Source: Savitreella phatthalungensis | Lineage: Eukaryota | Direction of reading: 5' to 3' | DNA: 64,000 nucleotides | Assembly: GCA_051599415.1 (NCBI GenBank) | Contig: AP039697.1 | Coordinates: forward strand, 124,001-188,000 | Part shown: one piece after another, positions 43,001-54,800 of the stretch | Layout: every line of letters begins with the position of its first letter | Position numbering within the stretch: position 1 is the stretch's first letter | Notes under the pieces: generated by a model | Told to the model about the DNA's origin: nothing | The model's database searches: none | What the model saw: only the letters and a program-made list of their open reading frames with translations | Program-made: the position numbers and the translations under genes

Positions 43001-44587
43001 AATGCTGGCAAGGAAGGAAGAATGATCGAGTCTACATAACATCATAATGACAAAATCAGATCTCCACCACCACTGCCCACCTACCTCGTGGCAATGTCTC
43101 ACTTTTGTCATCTTCTACCACCAACATCTCAGACAGGTTGTTGGATGTGTGAACGAGATTGACTGAACAGAAGGTACATTCAGAGAGAATGGGAAACCTG
43201 ACTCGGAAACGAAGGAATGACTAAAAAGCTTCCCGACACATGACTCCAGGATTACTCCATTCGCACAGACCACCTTGATTTGTTCAAACTACAGGCTACA
43301 GATTGAATCATGTTCTAGTGTCAAAGAGGGAGGCAAGAAGAAGTAGAACGCCATGTCTCACTTGGACAATTTGAATGTGCAACTTGTCCCATGGAGGTGA
43401 GGAGATAGACAGCTTATCCCGACAATTGACTGCAGACTCCATGGACGGGAGACCATCCCGATCTAGGATTGATGTGACAGAAGGGATGGTGGAAATGAAT
43501 TGATACGAATGGATTTCACGAGCAACGGAGATATCTTCCAGACTCATGGACAGGTGAAGAAGCCATAGCTCAGCAAGGAGAAGAAAACATCCAAGCCAGT
43601 CTGTTCGATCGAACAAATGAACGAGCGGACGAACGAATGGACCGGACCGAATGAGAAATAGAAGACGAGACTTCCCATTGACGTTACTGTGGTACCTTTC
43701 ATGCATGGTAAGGAAGAATCATTTGCAATCATGAGCTATATCAAAAGGGGAAAGGACAATCGACGCCTCACTTCGATCGTCTCATTTAGCAGCTACGGGC
43801 TGTGAAGTGAGTTTTGAGTGGATATTAAAAGAGCTGCAGACCCAGCCGCAGCCGCACTGACCATCAGACTTTTCTACTTCTCTGAGACATGCATCGGCCC
43901 AAGAGCTCGGGTCCAGGTGAGACACTTGTCAATCGATTTGTCTTGCAGGTCTGACGGCCTCGTCCAGCTACCGAGCTTCCTCTTTGAGTGAGGGTTCGCG
44001 GTCAGCTTGAAGCTCTTGAAGAGATAGCTATCTCTGCTCTTGACTCTCTACTTCCTCGCCCTTCTTGCTTCCCTTTCATCTCTCTGCCGTGCAGAATTAG
44101 GAGGATGCGCATGGGAAATCAACTCTAACGCTCCCGTGCGCGTATCTCCCTTGCTCATTCTATCAGACTGGACTCGACATCGGGCTACCGTCCTTGACAA
44201 GCGAGATCTTTTGTAAGCGCAGCTAGTCAAACTTCGGTCATCCCGAGGCCATGACACGAGCCCTGCGTGTAGCTGTCTTCCAACCATCGGCGGGGCCTCT
44301 CTTACCCTCTCTCGCCAACCTTCGAACTCTTCTTCATCCAAATCTCTATCGCAACGTCGAGTGTTCATCAGCTCGCATCACCTCTACAAAAGGTATCGGT
44401 CGCCCACCTGCCCACAGTCCACCATCAGGCCTTTGACCATACTTCTACCTTCTTTCCACCGCAACCTCAATCCCTTGAGTTTGGACCTTAGTTTCGACAC
44501 AGAGCTGCTTCACTCTGGGAGCATCTATCTTTAGCAGCATCTTCTTTTAGCCTCTTCGTTCGCACGCACACTCTTTCCTCGACAGTC

Positions 44588-46585
44588 ATGATGAGCGATT
44601 ACAGCACGATCGGCCTCGGCATCAGCTTCGATGCCATGCCCCTTTCGCCCGTCGACAGCCAGACACAGTACACATCGGCAGCCTCCCGGCCCAGACCCAC
44701 AAGCAGACGATCATACAACATGGAGCACACCCGCAGACATACGGGAGAGATGCACTTCGTCCCGACTCAGGGATACTCACAGGCGCCTTATCACAAGCAG
44801 GCTCATTCTATGGCTATTCCTCAACATCCCTTCCCAGGGGCAGCAGGTCCAGTCGAGCTAGAATCATCACACATGCCGCAGCAGCAGCAGCAGCCATCTT
44901 TCAGACCATCGCGGCCCAGTATTCGTACAACGGCATCTGCCCGTCCGGCCCAACGACCCTTCACCTCACCAGTCAGCTCAGGCCGGTCGACAAACACTAC
45001 CTATGTGCACTCGGCTCCTGGCACGCCCTACGGCAGTGCCTCGAAGAGCCAACGCTTTGGCATGTCCCCAGCATTCGGTCCAGTGGAGGATGAGCTTGTC
45101 ACCGCTTACGACAGACCTCCATACCCGAACGAGCTCAGTATTCCGTCCTACCCTACGAGCGCACCAGTCTCAGAGCCCCGTCGCCAGTACCACCAGTCCT
45201 CGATGGCGGATCAGCACATGCCCCGCCCTCAGCAGCCGGTATTCGAGTCTCAAGAGCCACCGGCTTTCGAGCTCGCCATGCCACAGCAGCACGAACACCA
45301 GGACTACCGCCCACAAAACCTGTCATACGGCAACGCCGTCTACCCGCAGACCCGGGGTTACCCATCCGCACGGCCGGGCTCAGACCCATTCGAGGAGAAT
45401 GTGCCGTCGTACTTCACGACGCCGGTCCTCGGCACACCTTACCAGGAGACTGCACCAACGTTCCGACCCATGGCCGCGTCCGCTCCCAGCTTGCTCCTCC
45501 AGCACTCTCACCACGACAGCTTCCACGTTGCCGGAAGGCCACAACAGGCTCTCGGTTCGCCGTGCGCAGACCTGGAGGGCGACTTTGAGGGCGAACGCCA
45601 CGGCTACTTTGACGAGGCGGACGAGATGCCCGAGGAACCTTACGTGGCAGAGGTGTGCACTCAATGGCCACCAGCAAGACCGGCGATGCCCACCCGATCG
45701 TTCACGGAGGAGACGGGATCCCGAACGGACTACGGGTCCGGGCTGACGAGCTACACGTCACCCGTATCGTCCGGTGACGAGCTCGACTACAGCGCTGGCG
45801 TCAGCCACGACATCTCTGCGCTCAGCAGCCCAGGCAACAGGTCGCCGTCCGACAAGAAGGTCGCATACTCACGCTGGACAGCGGAAGAGGACGTGCTGCT
45901 GCGTGATGCGATCGCCAAGTACGGCGACGGCAAGTGGTCACTCATCTCACAGAGCGTGCCAGGGCGAACACCGATGCAGTGCTCTACACGGTGGCAGGGT
46001 GCACTGAACACGTCGATCCACAAAGGTCGGTGGGAGCCTGAGGAGGACGCGATTCTGGTCAAGGCGGTGTCGGAGTGGCAGGCATGGCACGCTCGCGAGA
46101 TGGCGTCGGAAGGGAGCGTCCCTCTCTCTGACGAGGACCTGACACGAGCGACCCCGTGGGCTCAGATCGCAGGTCTCCTGCCGCGCCCACGCACGGGCGT
46201 CCAGGCACTCGCTCGCTGGTCAGAGGCTCTCGACCCTCGGATCACCAAGGGCAAGTGGACTGTGGACGAGGACATGTCGCTGATGCGGGGCGTGGCAAGG
46301 TACGGCAAGTGCTGGATCAAGATCGCCCAGGGCGTCGTCGGACGTACCCAGCGACAGTGCCGTACGCGATACTGCCAGATCGCTGACAAGAAGCGTAAAT
46401 CCTCACAGCACCCAGCACAAACCTCAGCAGCAAAATCACAACTGAACGATCTAAATAACACAAACTTGACGAAAACGAATCACGGAAAGGGGTCAAAGGG
46501 TGCAGCAGCAGCTGCTGCTGCCTTTGCGCAACCGCAGTATGCCAGAGAAATTTCCCCACAGGCCTTTGCCATCCGCTCTGTTTGA
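44588..46585 (+). CDS. Myb-family transcription factor with three C-terminal Myb repeats
   Basis: WTAEED..W..I...GRT..QC..RW; KGRWEPEED..W..IA..RT..RW; KGKWTVDED..W..IA..GRTQRQCRTRY. Long disordered P/S/Q-rich N-terminus. Confidence 0.9.
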   Translation: MMSDYSTIGLGISFDAMPLSPVDSQTQYTSAASRPRPTSRRSYNMEHTRRHTGEMHFVPTQGYSQAPYHKQAHSMAIPQHPFPGAAGPVELESSHMPQQQQQPSFRPSRPSIRTTASARPAQRPFTSPVSSGRSTNTTYVHSAPGTPYGSASKSQRFGMSPAFGPVEDELVTAYDRPPYPNELSIPSYPTSAPVSEPRRQYHQSSMADQHMPRPQQPVFESQEPPAFELAMPQQHEHQDYRPQNLSYGNAVYPQTRGYPSARPGSDPFEENVPSYFTTPVLGTPYQETAPTFRPMAASAPSLLLQHSHHDSFHVAGRPQQALGSPCADLEGDFEGERHGYFDEADEMPEEPYVAEVCTQWPPARPAMPTRSFTEETGSRTDYGSGLTSYTSPVSSGDELDYSAGVSHDISALSSPGNRSPSDKKVAYSRWTAEEDVLLRDAIAKYGDGKWSLISQSVPGRTPMQCSTRWQGALNTSIHKGRWEPEEDAILVKAVSEWQAWHAREMASEGSVPLSDEDLTRATPWAQIAGLLPRPRTGVQALARWSEALDPRITKGKWTVDEDMSLMRGVARYGKCWIKIAQGVVGRTQRQCRTRYCQIADKKRKSSQHPAQTSAAKSQLNDLNNTNLTKTNHGKGSKGAAAAAAAFAQPQYAREISPQAFAIRSV

Positions 46586-47945
46586 TGAATCGGGATGAGC
46601 AGACGGCCTATGACGACAGAGAGAGCAAGAGAGAGAGAGAGGTTTATTCACCTTAGCGTTTCCTTTGTAGCGAATGGCGAGACTTTTTCACCTTTGACCC
46701 TCCTTCATCCTATCACCCTACACGTGAAGACCTTCTCTTCGAGCGTGCCTTCCCGAAGTGCTAAACACAACATCGACTGCAAAACAGGTTTATTCACATG
46801 TCAGCTGAGTATACAGTAGACAGATGAGTTTGTACATGGAACAGATACTTTCTCGGTATTCGCCGTCGCTCCTCTGTCGATCAACGGTAGAGCGGAAGAG
46901 GAGAGTGAGGAGATTGGCAGATCACGGGATCAGCGTTTCTCAGACAGTCTACCTACAAGGTAGTGAGTGACTCCCTCGCCTCGCTTACCGACAAGTCGTT
47001 GTTGTTCGGTCGGGATGAAAGAAGATTAGTATGAAGGAGTTCTTGGCCTATCGGAGGAGGGCAAGGGGGGATCACTCGCTAGGATGATGGAGATTTTCAG
47101 TCAGCCGTCAACGTGGTGGTGGTGATGGTGGTGGCTGCTTCAAGCGATAAGAATGACTTTGTGCTCGAATGAATCAATTGAATTGGGTGGCACAGGCACA
47201 GACATGAGATCCGGGATAATTTGATGGTTGCAGGTGGTCAGGTCTGCACTGCTTGTTTGAAATCCGACAGAGGGACAAGTGAGAAGATGCGGATAGGCGG
47301 AGGGGCATGTGGCCTGCATGTGGGTCCATTTCCTTTCCTTTTCTTCCACTTGCCTCATTCAATCGTCAACAGGCCCAGAGCATGTGCGTGCATGTGCGTG
47401 CATGCTTCATCTACCGACAATTGAATGAAATGAAATTAGGTTGAATCGTCTTCATCAAATTCATTCAAGTTAAAAAAGGAAAAACAGATGATCATTCCCG
47501 TTCCTGTGCCGATTCTGTGGCGTCATCCACAATGGGATGAAACATAAACCAATCGAAGCTGGAATACATATCTATAAACTTTCTGTTCTGAGTGAGACCG
47601 TTCCCTATTCTTCCAGAGACAAGAAGAAGCTGAAAAATGAAACAGAATGATCCGGAGTAACAAAAAGCAGAGAAACAGATTACACATTCCCATCGCGAGT
47701 TATGTTTCCTAAATGAAGAAGGTGTACGAGTATGACGTCCTCGCTATCTCAATCGTTAGAGTAGAACCGCACTAAACTACTCGGAGAAATTCCATCTGAA
47801 ACACATTCTCAAATCCAATCGCAGACTTCTACCTACTGCTCCATGCACAATCAACTGGGTAGACACATATACACATGCACACAAGCATCTCAATCACCCA
47901 ATCAAAGACATGTCTCAAACGAATGAGTGATCAACCTGTTCATCG

Positions 47946-48050
47946 TCTCTCTCACTCTCTCTCTCTCTTCTGCCAGTCACTCACATCAGACTCTCCTTCT
48001 CTGTCCTCCTCCTCCTCCTCCTCCTCCTCCTCCTCCTCTTCCTCCTCTTC
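47946..48050 (+). repeat. (TC)n and (TCC)n microsatellites
   Basis: Read directly; about 11 tandem TCC units from 48004. Confidence 0.9.
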
Positions 48051-48676
48051 TAGGCTTCTACTTCTCTCGAGACAGACAATCGTAGATCCTCCATCCTTGT
48101 CTCACCCCCGCATGAAACACCTCTCGGACAATTCATCTCCTCCGTACATGACTCTGAACCATATGAACACACGCATATCATCGACTTGGCCTGATCGTCC
48201 AGCAGCAAGTCATCATCATCAACTGGTCACGCAATCGCGCATGGACATCTAGCCGCGCAACATATAGTCCTGCTTTCACAGGTTATTATGCCAGCATTCA
48301 AGAGAATGTCACGTCCTTGGTCTGACTGGCTGGCATCCCGACACCCTATGGCTTCTCGTCATGATCGCTCATGATCGCGTCACCACCAGTCTACCGACGT
48401 GCATCCACGCCAATACTCAGGAGTTGGTGTATCCCGCTCGCATGCACGTGCGATGGGTTGAAATCGTGGCTCAGAACAATCACATATCCAGTATCTGTGG
48501 CTGAAGACGAGATTCAACGCAGCACGTGTTTTACAGCTCTGATGTCACTGCTCCACATCTATGGGTTCCATTCATACGAGTCGAGTCGAGTGGATGCCAC
48601 ATAGCGATCTCTACTCATCAACTCCTCGAAGCCTTGTGGTGAGGAACAGTGGAAGGATAAGTTTTCAAAGACGTAT

Positions 48677-49483
48677 ATGCTCAGGCTAGAGTCTCTAGTC
48701 AGACATCTCGCTCCAGCCAAACATTACCCTGCGAGATACGTCTGCAGAACCCTGCACACGACAGTACCCATGGCCCACCCTTCCAGGCCACCCACAGACA
48801 GACCTCCCTTCAAAAGACCCTCAGACTTCAAAACACAGTACGAGGGCTCGTGCTACTGTGGGACAATCCGATGGGATATTGGTGGTGATCCGCTTGACAG
48901 CATGTATTGTCACTGTGAGACGTGTCAGACCCTCCACGGGACGCCGTATCAGTGGGCGAGCGTGGTGCGGAAGGAGCACGTCGCCTTCCACAACGGATGT
49001 GCTGAGAAGCTAGTAGCCTATCACTCGCCCACAAAGTCAAACGAGTATACGCTTCCCTGCAAGCTCTCATGCCCGGACTGCCATGCGCCCGTCATGGACG
49101 AAGGTCGCAACATGATGCTACTCCTCCCGCCATACATCCACTTTCCGCGAGAAGGCTCGGACGACCACCCAACAGACGCAGGCGACGTCGCAAAGCAGTC
49201 GAAAGAGGCACGCGTCGCCCCCAAACGCGCAGATTCAGAGACCTCCGCAGACGCATCACCAGAAGAAGGCGGCGGTCTAGGTCGCAAGATCGTCCCGGAA
49301 CCCTGGAAAGCCAACCACCACATGTTCTACGGTAGCAGGTGCGCCGATATGGCTGACGGCCTTGTCAAGTGGCTCGGTCGGAAAGGCGAGAAGCAGTGTG
49401 ATGATCAAGGCCGCCCAATCACAACCGAGAGTGCCGAGGATAAAGAATCTGCAGCTGCGCATAACACGAAGCACGGGATCTGA
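48677..49483 (+). CDS. GFA / CENP-V / Mss4-like Zn-binding protein
   Basis: GSCYCG, CHCETC, CPDC and HHMFY motifs of the GFA family. Confidence 0.88.
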   Translation: MLRLESLVRHLAPAKHYPARYVCRTLHTTVPMAHPSRPPTDRPPFKRPSDFKTQYEGSCYCGTIRWDIGGDPLDSMYCHCETCQTLHGTPYQWASVVRKEHVAFHNGCAEKLVAYHSPTKSNEYTLPCKLSCPDCHAPVMDEGRNMMLLLPPYIHFPREGSDDHPTDAGDVAKQSKEARVAPKRADSETSADASPEEGGGLGRKIVPEPWKANHHMFYGSRCADMADGLVKWLGRKGEKQCDDQGRPITTESAEDKESAAAHNTKHGI

Positions 49484-49500
49484 TCGACAGAACAAATTGC

Positions 49501-51093
49501 CTACGCCCGGTCGTGGCCTTTGTCCCGAGAGGTCTTCTCGTCCATCCTTGCTGACCTTGCACCAAATTGCACAGCTCGCTTCTTCTCCCTTGCCGCCAGC
49601 GGCAGGCCAAGCTTTTGAGCTGCCAGACGCAGGACAATCTTGTCCCCCGGCAGATCGTCCCCGAGCACATCCTGCAGACTCTTGGCTGACTGTCCCAGCA
49701 CACACTTGATATCCACCGGCAGCGTACACAGCCAGCCCACAAGCTCCTCATCTAGGAATGGCCAACGACATTCTCGACCCCACCGTGACACGATCCGGTC
49801 GTCCCTGCCTAGATTCCTGTATGGCAGTCTGTCTAGATCGAGTTGCAGTTCCGCGTGTAGATGATCACGTGTTCCTGCCTCAGTCTCCTTCTCAGGCTCA
49901 TCATCCCTGCCTGCAGCAGCACGGTGTCTAGAGTATCCACCCAACTGCTCGTCCGCGCCAAGCCCAGAGAAGAACACTTTTGCTTCAGTCCTCGCTTTCG
50001 CGCCTTCCCCGTCCTCGGACGGCGACCACCATCTCCCAATTCCTCGCGCGCAGAAGTAGAATGCCAGACCAATCGATACATCCATGACCGTGTCATTCGG
50101 ATAGCACAACCTCAGCACGTCCCCTCTATGCTCTTGCGCCTCCGCATACGGCACGTCCACGAGCAGTAGGCGGTACGTCCGCCCTGTCGCCCTCTTCAAT
50201 TCCTTGAATGATTGGAATGCCGTCTTTCTGTCAGGCGTGTCGTACTTGCCTTCACCTGCCACCCTCAAGTTCTCGAATGCAACATTGACCAAATCCACAC
50301 TTTCCCCATCAGGCAACACATCATCGAGCAGCCTTGCGAGGACCGTGCAATCCACCCCACCTGAGAACATGACTGCAATCCTAGATACCGGCCCTCCTGG
50401 AGCTACCGTGCGCAGCCTGATCGCATCTCTGAGCCTGTGGATCAGCTTGTCTGCGGCGTTATGCAACAACGCTCTGTACTCCTGTGCATGTACACCCACT
50501 CTCTCCTTCGCGATCTGACCGAACGCCTTAACGAGAGCCTTGTGCTCTCCCCACCGATACCCGACAGTCCTCCTGCTCTTCACATCTCTCTTCCACACCA
50601 CCCCTGGCTCCACATCCTTCCACCCTTCCCTCCCAACACTCGCCAACCACCCCTCACACTCCACCAACGACCGCCTGCCCAAGCAATCTCGGCAGTACCA
50701 GACACTCCCACCACCGACATCCACCCACACAAACGCAAACGGTCCACGCAACCTCCCAACCACCCCTACGACCTCATCGTCCGATCGTGTTTGGGAGAGT
50801 GCGGTTGCGAGAGCTGTGGTATCGCTTTGTGAATGGTGGATGTCTAGACCGCCGTAGATCTCACCGTTGAAGAGGAGGTAGGTTTGGTTGACGGTGCATG
50901 GTTGGGGTGTGGTTTCGGGACCGCGGAGGTGGAGGACGGAAGCGTACAGGTAGATGGACGCTTGTGGGAGGGTGACGGTGACGGACGATTGGTAGTCAGG
51001 ACCACGGAAAGAGCATCCCGCGGATAGCGCATCGATCAGGTCGGAGGGGTCGGCGGAGCCAGCGTGGGTGATACAGGCGACGATGCCACACAT
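49501..51093 (-). CDS. Asparagine-synthetase-domain protein (ASNSD1/YML096W-like)
   Basis: N-terminal MCGI (Ntn Cys, ATG at 51093), RGPD, FNGEIY, FSGGVDC, GLGADEQLGGY, RNLGRDDR, KRAVQFG. Confidence 0.92.
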   Translation of the reverse strand: MCGIVACITHAGSADPSDLIDALSAGCSFRGPDYQSSVTVTLPQASIYLYASVLHLRGPETTPQPCTVNQTYLLFNGEIYGGLDIHHSQSDTTALATALSQTRSDDEVVGVVGRLRGPFAFVWVDVGGGSVWYCRDCLGRRSLVECEGWLASVGREGWKDVEPGVVWKRDVKSRRTVGYRWGEHKALVKAFGQIAKERVGVHAQEYRALLHNAADKLIHRLRDAIRLRTVAPGGPVSRIAVMFSGGVDCTVLARLLDDVLPDGESVDLVNVAFENLRVAGEGKYDTPDRKTAFQSFKELKRATGRTYRLLLVDVPYAEAQEHRGDVLRLCYPNDTVMDVSIGLAFYFCARGIGRWWSPSEDGEGAKARTEAKVFFSGLGADEQLGGYSRHRAAAGRDDEPEKETEAGTRDHLHAELQLDLDRLPYRNLGRDDRIVSRWGRECRWPFLDEELVGWLCTLPVDIKCVLGQSAKSLQDVLGDDLPGDKIVLRLAAQKLGLPLAAREKKRAVQFGARSARMDEKTSRDKGHDRA

Positions 51094-51407
51094 CGGTCCG
51101 AGTTGACAGGGACGCACGCGCAAGTTGTTTAGGCCATTGGACTGGTAATGGAGGATGTGCCTGGGTAACGCATTCACAAGAATCTGTAAGGTGACATGTG
51201 CTACATTGGTATCCCGGCCCCGCTCGCTAAGGGGAAATTAGATTGCTTAAACCACACAGCAAAGCACGTCATGTTACGCAGGCATGAAGGAGGATATGGA
51301 TGATGGGAGATGTATTTGTCTAGCTGTGAGGATGTAGGTGGTGTGTTTCCACCATAATAAAGTACAGAGAAAAGGTTGTGGGCGCCTGAGAAAATGGTTC
51401 AGCTCGC

Positions 51408-52991
51408 TCACTTCCTGGGCATTGGGATCCAGATGACCACACACTGGACGGCTAGGATGAGTGCGCCGATCGTCCAGAGTGCCTTCGGGTAGTCTGTGCC
51501 GTTGAACCTGAAGATGAGTGCTCCGAAGACGCCGCCCAGGTTGCCCCATGAGCCTGTTGCGCCTGAGATGACGCCGTTCCGTTTAGGGAAGACGTGCGGG
51601 ACGATGGAGAAGTTTGCGCCGTTGGCTGCACACAGGCCGATCGAGACGAATGAGGTGAGGGCGATCAGGTGGTGGACGGAGAGCTGTGGTGATAGACCTG
51701 CTGCTAGGAACATGGCTCCGTGAAAGGTGTTCAGGGCGGTGTTCCAGTACTTCTTCGACCGAGCGTCTCCAGTGTACAGGAAGAGCTTGTCGGCAATGTA
51801 ACCACCGAGAGGCCGCATCACGATGTTCAGCAGACCAAACATACTCGCCCAGTTGCCACCGAGCTGCTCAGACCACACCGCATGGTCCACCTTCTTCGCA
51901 CGCTGGATGTAGATGTTCGACAGCACACCTTCGATCGCCAGCTCGCATCCGAACGAGCACATGTATGAGAGTCCGAGGTACAGCGCCTGCGGGTGGATCA
52001 GCACCTTCAGCGTGTCCACGAATGTCGGCTCGTCAGGCAAGGTCTCGATCGTGCCGATCTGCTCGTCAACCTGACCGCGTTCGATGTCGGCAGGTGCAGG
52101 CTTCTTGTCAGCCTGCGGTTGGGTGGAGTGGGGAGGGGTGATGTTGCCGGATGCGCTGCCAAGTGACTCCTGTTCGGTCATACCGTATGACTTGCCATCG
52201 TTGGAGAAGGCGCGGTCGAGTGCGTTTGTGTCAACGGCTCTGCCCTGTGCGTGGAGGTGGCGTGTGGCCCAAGGACCTGTGGGTGTGTCGTGGCCAAAAA
52301 GGAGGATGGTGATGGCTGTGATGACGAGAATCGGGAGCGGCAGGACCACGAATGCAAGACGCCACGACTCACCGAGGTTCTTTCCACCAACAAACAGAGC
52401 CTCCTGGACGTTGACCATGGAGAAGAAGGCAACACCAGCACCGGCGTTACCCCAACCTGCTGCTAGCCCGTTCGCGCGACCGACAATGGACCTATCGAAG
52501 AACTGAGTGGTCCAGACGACGCAAGGCACGAATGTGCCTCCGAGGATACCGATGAAGAACCTGATCGCGTACAGACCCTGGACACCGGACATGTGGTGTC
52601 CAATGGCAGGCACGCAGGCAGTAGGGATGGCCCCTGCGACGAGGACGCCGACCATGACGTACCGAGCGCCGTATCGGTCACACAGAGGTCCAACGAGCAG
52701 ACGAACGAACAGGGTAGCGAGAAGACCAATGATGTTGGAGTTACCGACCTGTGCAGTCGTCAACACGAGGTCCTTCTTCAGAGCGCCGTGGAGGAGTGGT
52801 GGAAAGGCGAACCAGGAGAGGAAGGCGCAGAAGAAGGCAAACCAGGCCATGTGGAAGGTCCTGCCATACTTGTTGATTGGGTTCAAAAGAGGCAGTGTGC
52901 GGGACTTGTTGTTCAATGGGTTCACGTCCGCCTCTACGAGACCGCGCATGAAGGAGTACGTGGTCTTTGATGGATCAAATGCAGACGACAT
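51408..52991 (-). CDS. nrtA: High-affinity nitrate transporter (NRT2/NNP family of the MFS)
   Basis: Nitrate signature motifs AAGWGNAG and TGSWGNLG, conserved Arg in VRLLVGP and MRPLGG, YMCSFGCE, about 12 TM segments. Confidence 0.95.
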   Translation of the reverse strand: MSSAFDPSKTTYSFMRGLVEADVNPLNNKSRTLPLLNPINKYGRTFHMAWFAFFCAFLSWFAFPPLLHGALKKDLVLTTAQVGNSNIIGLLATLFVRLLVGPLCDRYGARYVMVGVLVAGAIPTACVPAIGHHMSGVQGLYAIRFFIGILGGTFVPCVVWTTQFFDRSIVGRANGLAAGWGNAGAGVAFFSMVNVQEALFVGGKNLGESWRLAFVVLPLPILVITAITILLFGHDTPTGPWATRHLHAQGRAVDTNALDRAFSNDGKSYGMTEQESLGSASGNITPPHSTQPQADKKPAPADIERGQVDEQIGTIETLPDEPTFVDTLKVLIHPQALYLGLSYMCSFGCELAIEGVLSNIYIQRAKKVDHAVWSEQLGGNWASMFGLLNIVMRPLGGYIADKLFLYTGDARSKKYWNTALNTFHGAMFLAAGLSPQLSVHHLIALTSFVSIGLCAANGANFSIVPHVFPKRNGVISGATGSWGNLGGVFGALIFRFNGTDYPKALWTIGALILAVQCVVIWIPMPRK

Positions 52992-53699
52992 GATGGACGA
53001 TCGAGCTGGTGATTACCGCTGTGAATGCGGAGCTCTGCAGAGGTGCTCTTGGTGAAGATGAGGATGACGTTGATGATCTCGAAGAAGGCGCTGAACGTGT
53101 ATCCTTATAAGGGTCTCTTCAGGATCTCTTATCGTATGGAGGATACAGCGCAAGCGTGAAATGGCAAAGCAGCCTCGGCGAAGCAATCTTTCCCAAGCGT
53201 GGAGATACTGCGTAGGGCTCCGCAATACGAAGATAGGTCAATCGTGCAGCAGAGACTCGATGATGAGATGTCAAAGACGTCGAAAGCTCGGGTGGAGATC
53301 CCCGGGCACAGCTGACTCGGTAATCGGGAAGCGCTCAAGGTCCAGGCCGCTGTGGCACCTGGCTATGATGACTCGAGGCCAGACCTCACTTGTGCTAAGC
53401 AGTATCTCGGGTAGGTCGGCACAAAGCAGATGACTGTCAACCGTGCTTATCTTGAAATTGTCCGCGAGAGTGAAGGTTCGGGCGTGGAGAACTGAATGCG
53501 CAGTGGAGGCAAACGATGTAAGTTGGTAGATCATGGACCCTATTGTCAAGATCTTCAAGGTCAGGCTGTGCAGGTTCTAGGAGTACGATTCAGGAGACAA
53601 GAGCGGGAAGGCCGCCTGGTCGAAGCTGACAGTGAAGCTGGACCGGAAAGCTCGAGAGTACGGGCAAGTAAGAGGCGGATCGTGAAAGATTGACATGTG

Positions 53700-54800
53700 C
53701 ACAGCACAGTACAACGCTCAGGAGATAGTCCACTCACCACAGCCATAGTCTAATCATCCATTGTGCGGTGATTGTTCTGCCCTCGGTGTGCGTTCCTGAT
53801 AAGGAGAGGTGGTTGGACAGCCATGATCGCTAGAGATAGGATTGCTAGAGATACCCCGAGGAGACATACTTTTGGATATGCTGTAGCCATTGCTAGCATG
53901 TTAGCATAAAAGATTCTATGGTGCGAGGCGTATCACAGAAAGATCCTCGGTAGTCCCAATTAGGCCTGATCACTGCCGGGAAAAGAATGTTTGTTTATCT
54001 ATTGTATCTGATCCGGGACAGATTGAAGGCTGATAACAAGATATCGATTCGAATAGATTAGAGGTGCCCCTCGCACAGGCACGCGTCCTTGCAGATATGA
54101 GTTTCAAGTAAAGTCAGATTGACTTAATTGAGATAGATAAGCTTTCACATGCACAATCAGCAAATACACTACACGCTTGTCATACTACAACGCACAGGAC
54201 TACAGGATGGACTTCCGAGTCAACGAGATCTTGAACAGAGGTCAAATGAAGAGTTCATAGTGTAGATAGAGCACGCTCTATGGGTCTAGATCAGCGACTT
54301 GCATTGGCGAAGTGAAATATTTAGTATACGAGGCTAGAAGCCGTTGATGCGCCGATTTCCACTAGTCCTTCGCCTAAAACCCTTTTCTCTATACGCACAA
54401 CTGTCCAACAGCCCCGCTGCCGGTCTATCCGAGATGACGTCCCTGTTCTGTAGGGTCTGCGAGCGATGAGAAAGATAGCCCTTAGTAAGCGTTCAAATGA
54501 GTTGTCTTGTGTTGCAACTCAATCAAAAGACGCCTGGATCAGATTTTTCTTCCTTATCAGCGCCACTGCCGAGCACGTTGCACATCAGGCACTCGGGTGA
54601 GAGGCAAAATGGAGATAAGCAAGCTGAGAGGCTGAAGGCCATGCCATTTGCCCTTCACATGTCCACTCGGATGACAATATCCTCGCCACGACTAGGTCAT
54701 CTAGAATAGAAGAGCGTCACACGACGCATCGACCGGGTGTATCCTAGATACTTATCGTCCGATCGCCTCACCCCACACGGAGAGAAAAGATCTGGACCAT
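53700..54800. promoter_or_regulatory. GATA-rich divergent promoter between nitrate transporter and nitrate reductase
   Basis: HGATAR-type sites at 53797, 53995, 54031, 54131/54135, 54554, 54613 and 54752. GCTAGAGATA direct repeat at 53829 and 53844. Confidence 0.65.

Noticed and set aside
37100..44500. Individual short ORFs (60-132 aa) in the ORF-poor island as genes, or a transposase/RT remnant
   Set aside because: No recognisable domain, signal peptide or TE catalytic motif. Reported only collectively as a finding.
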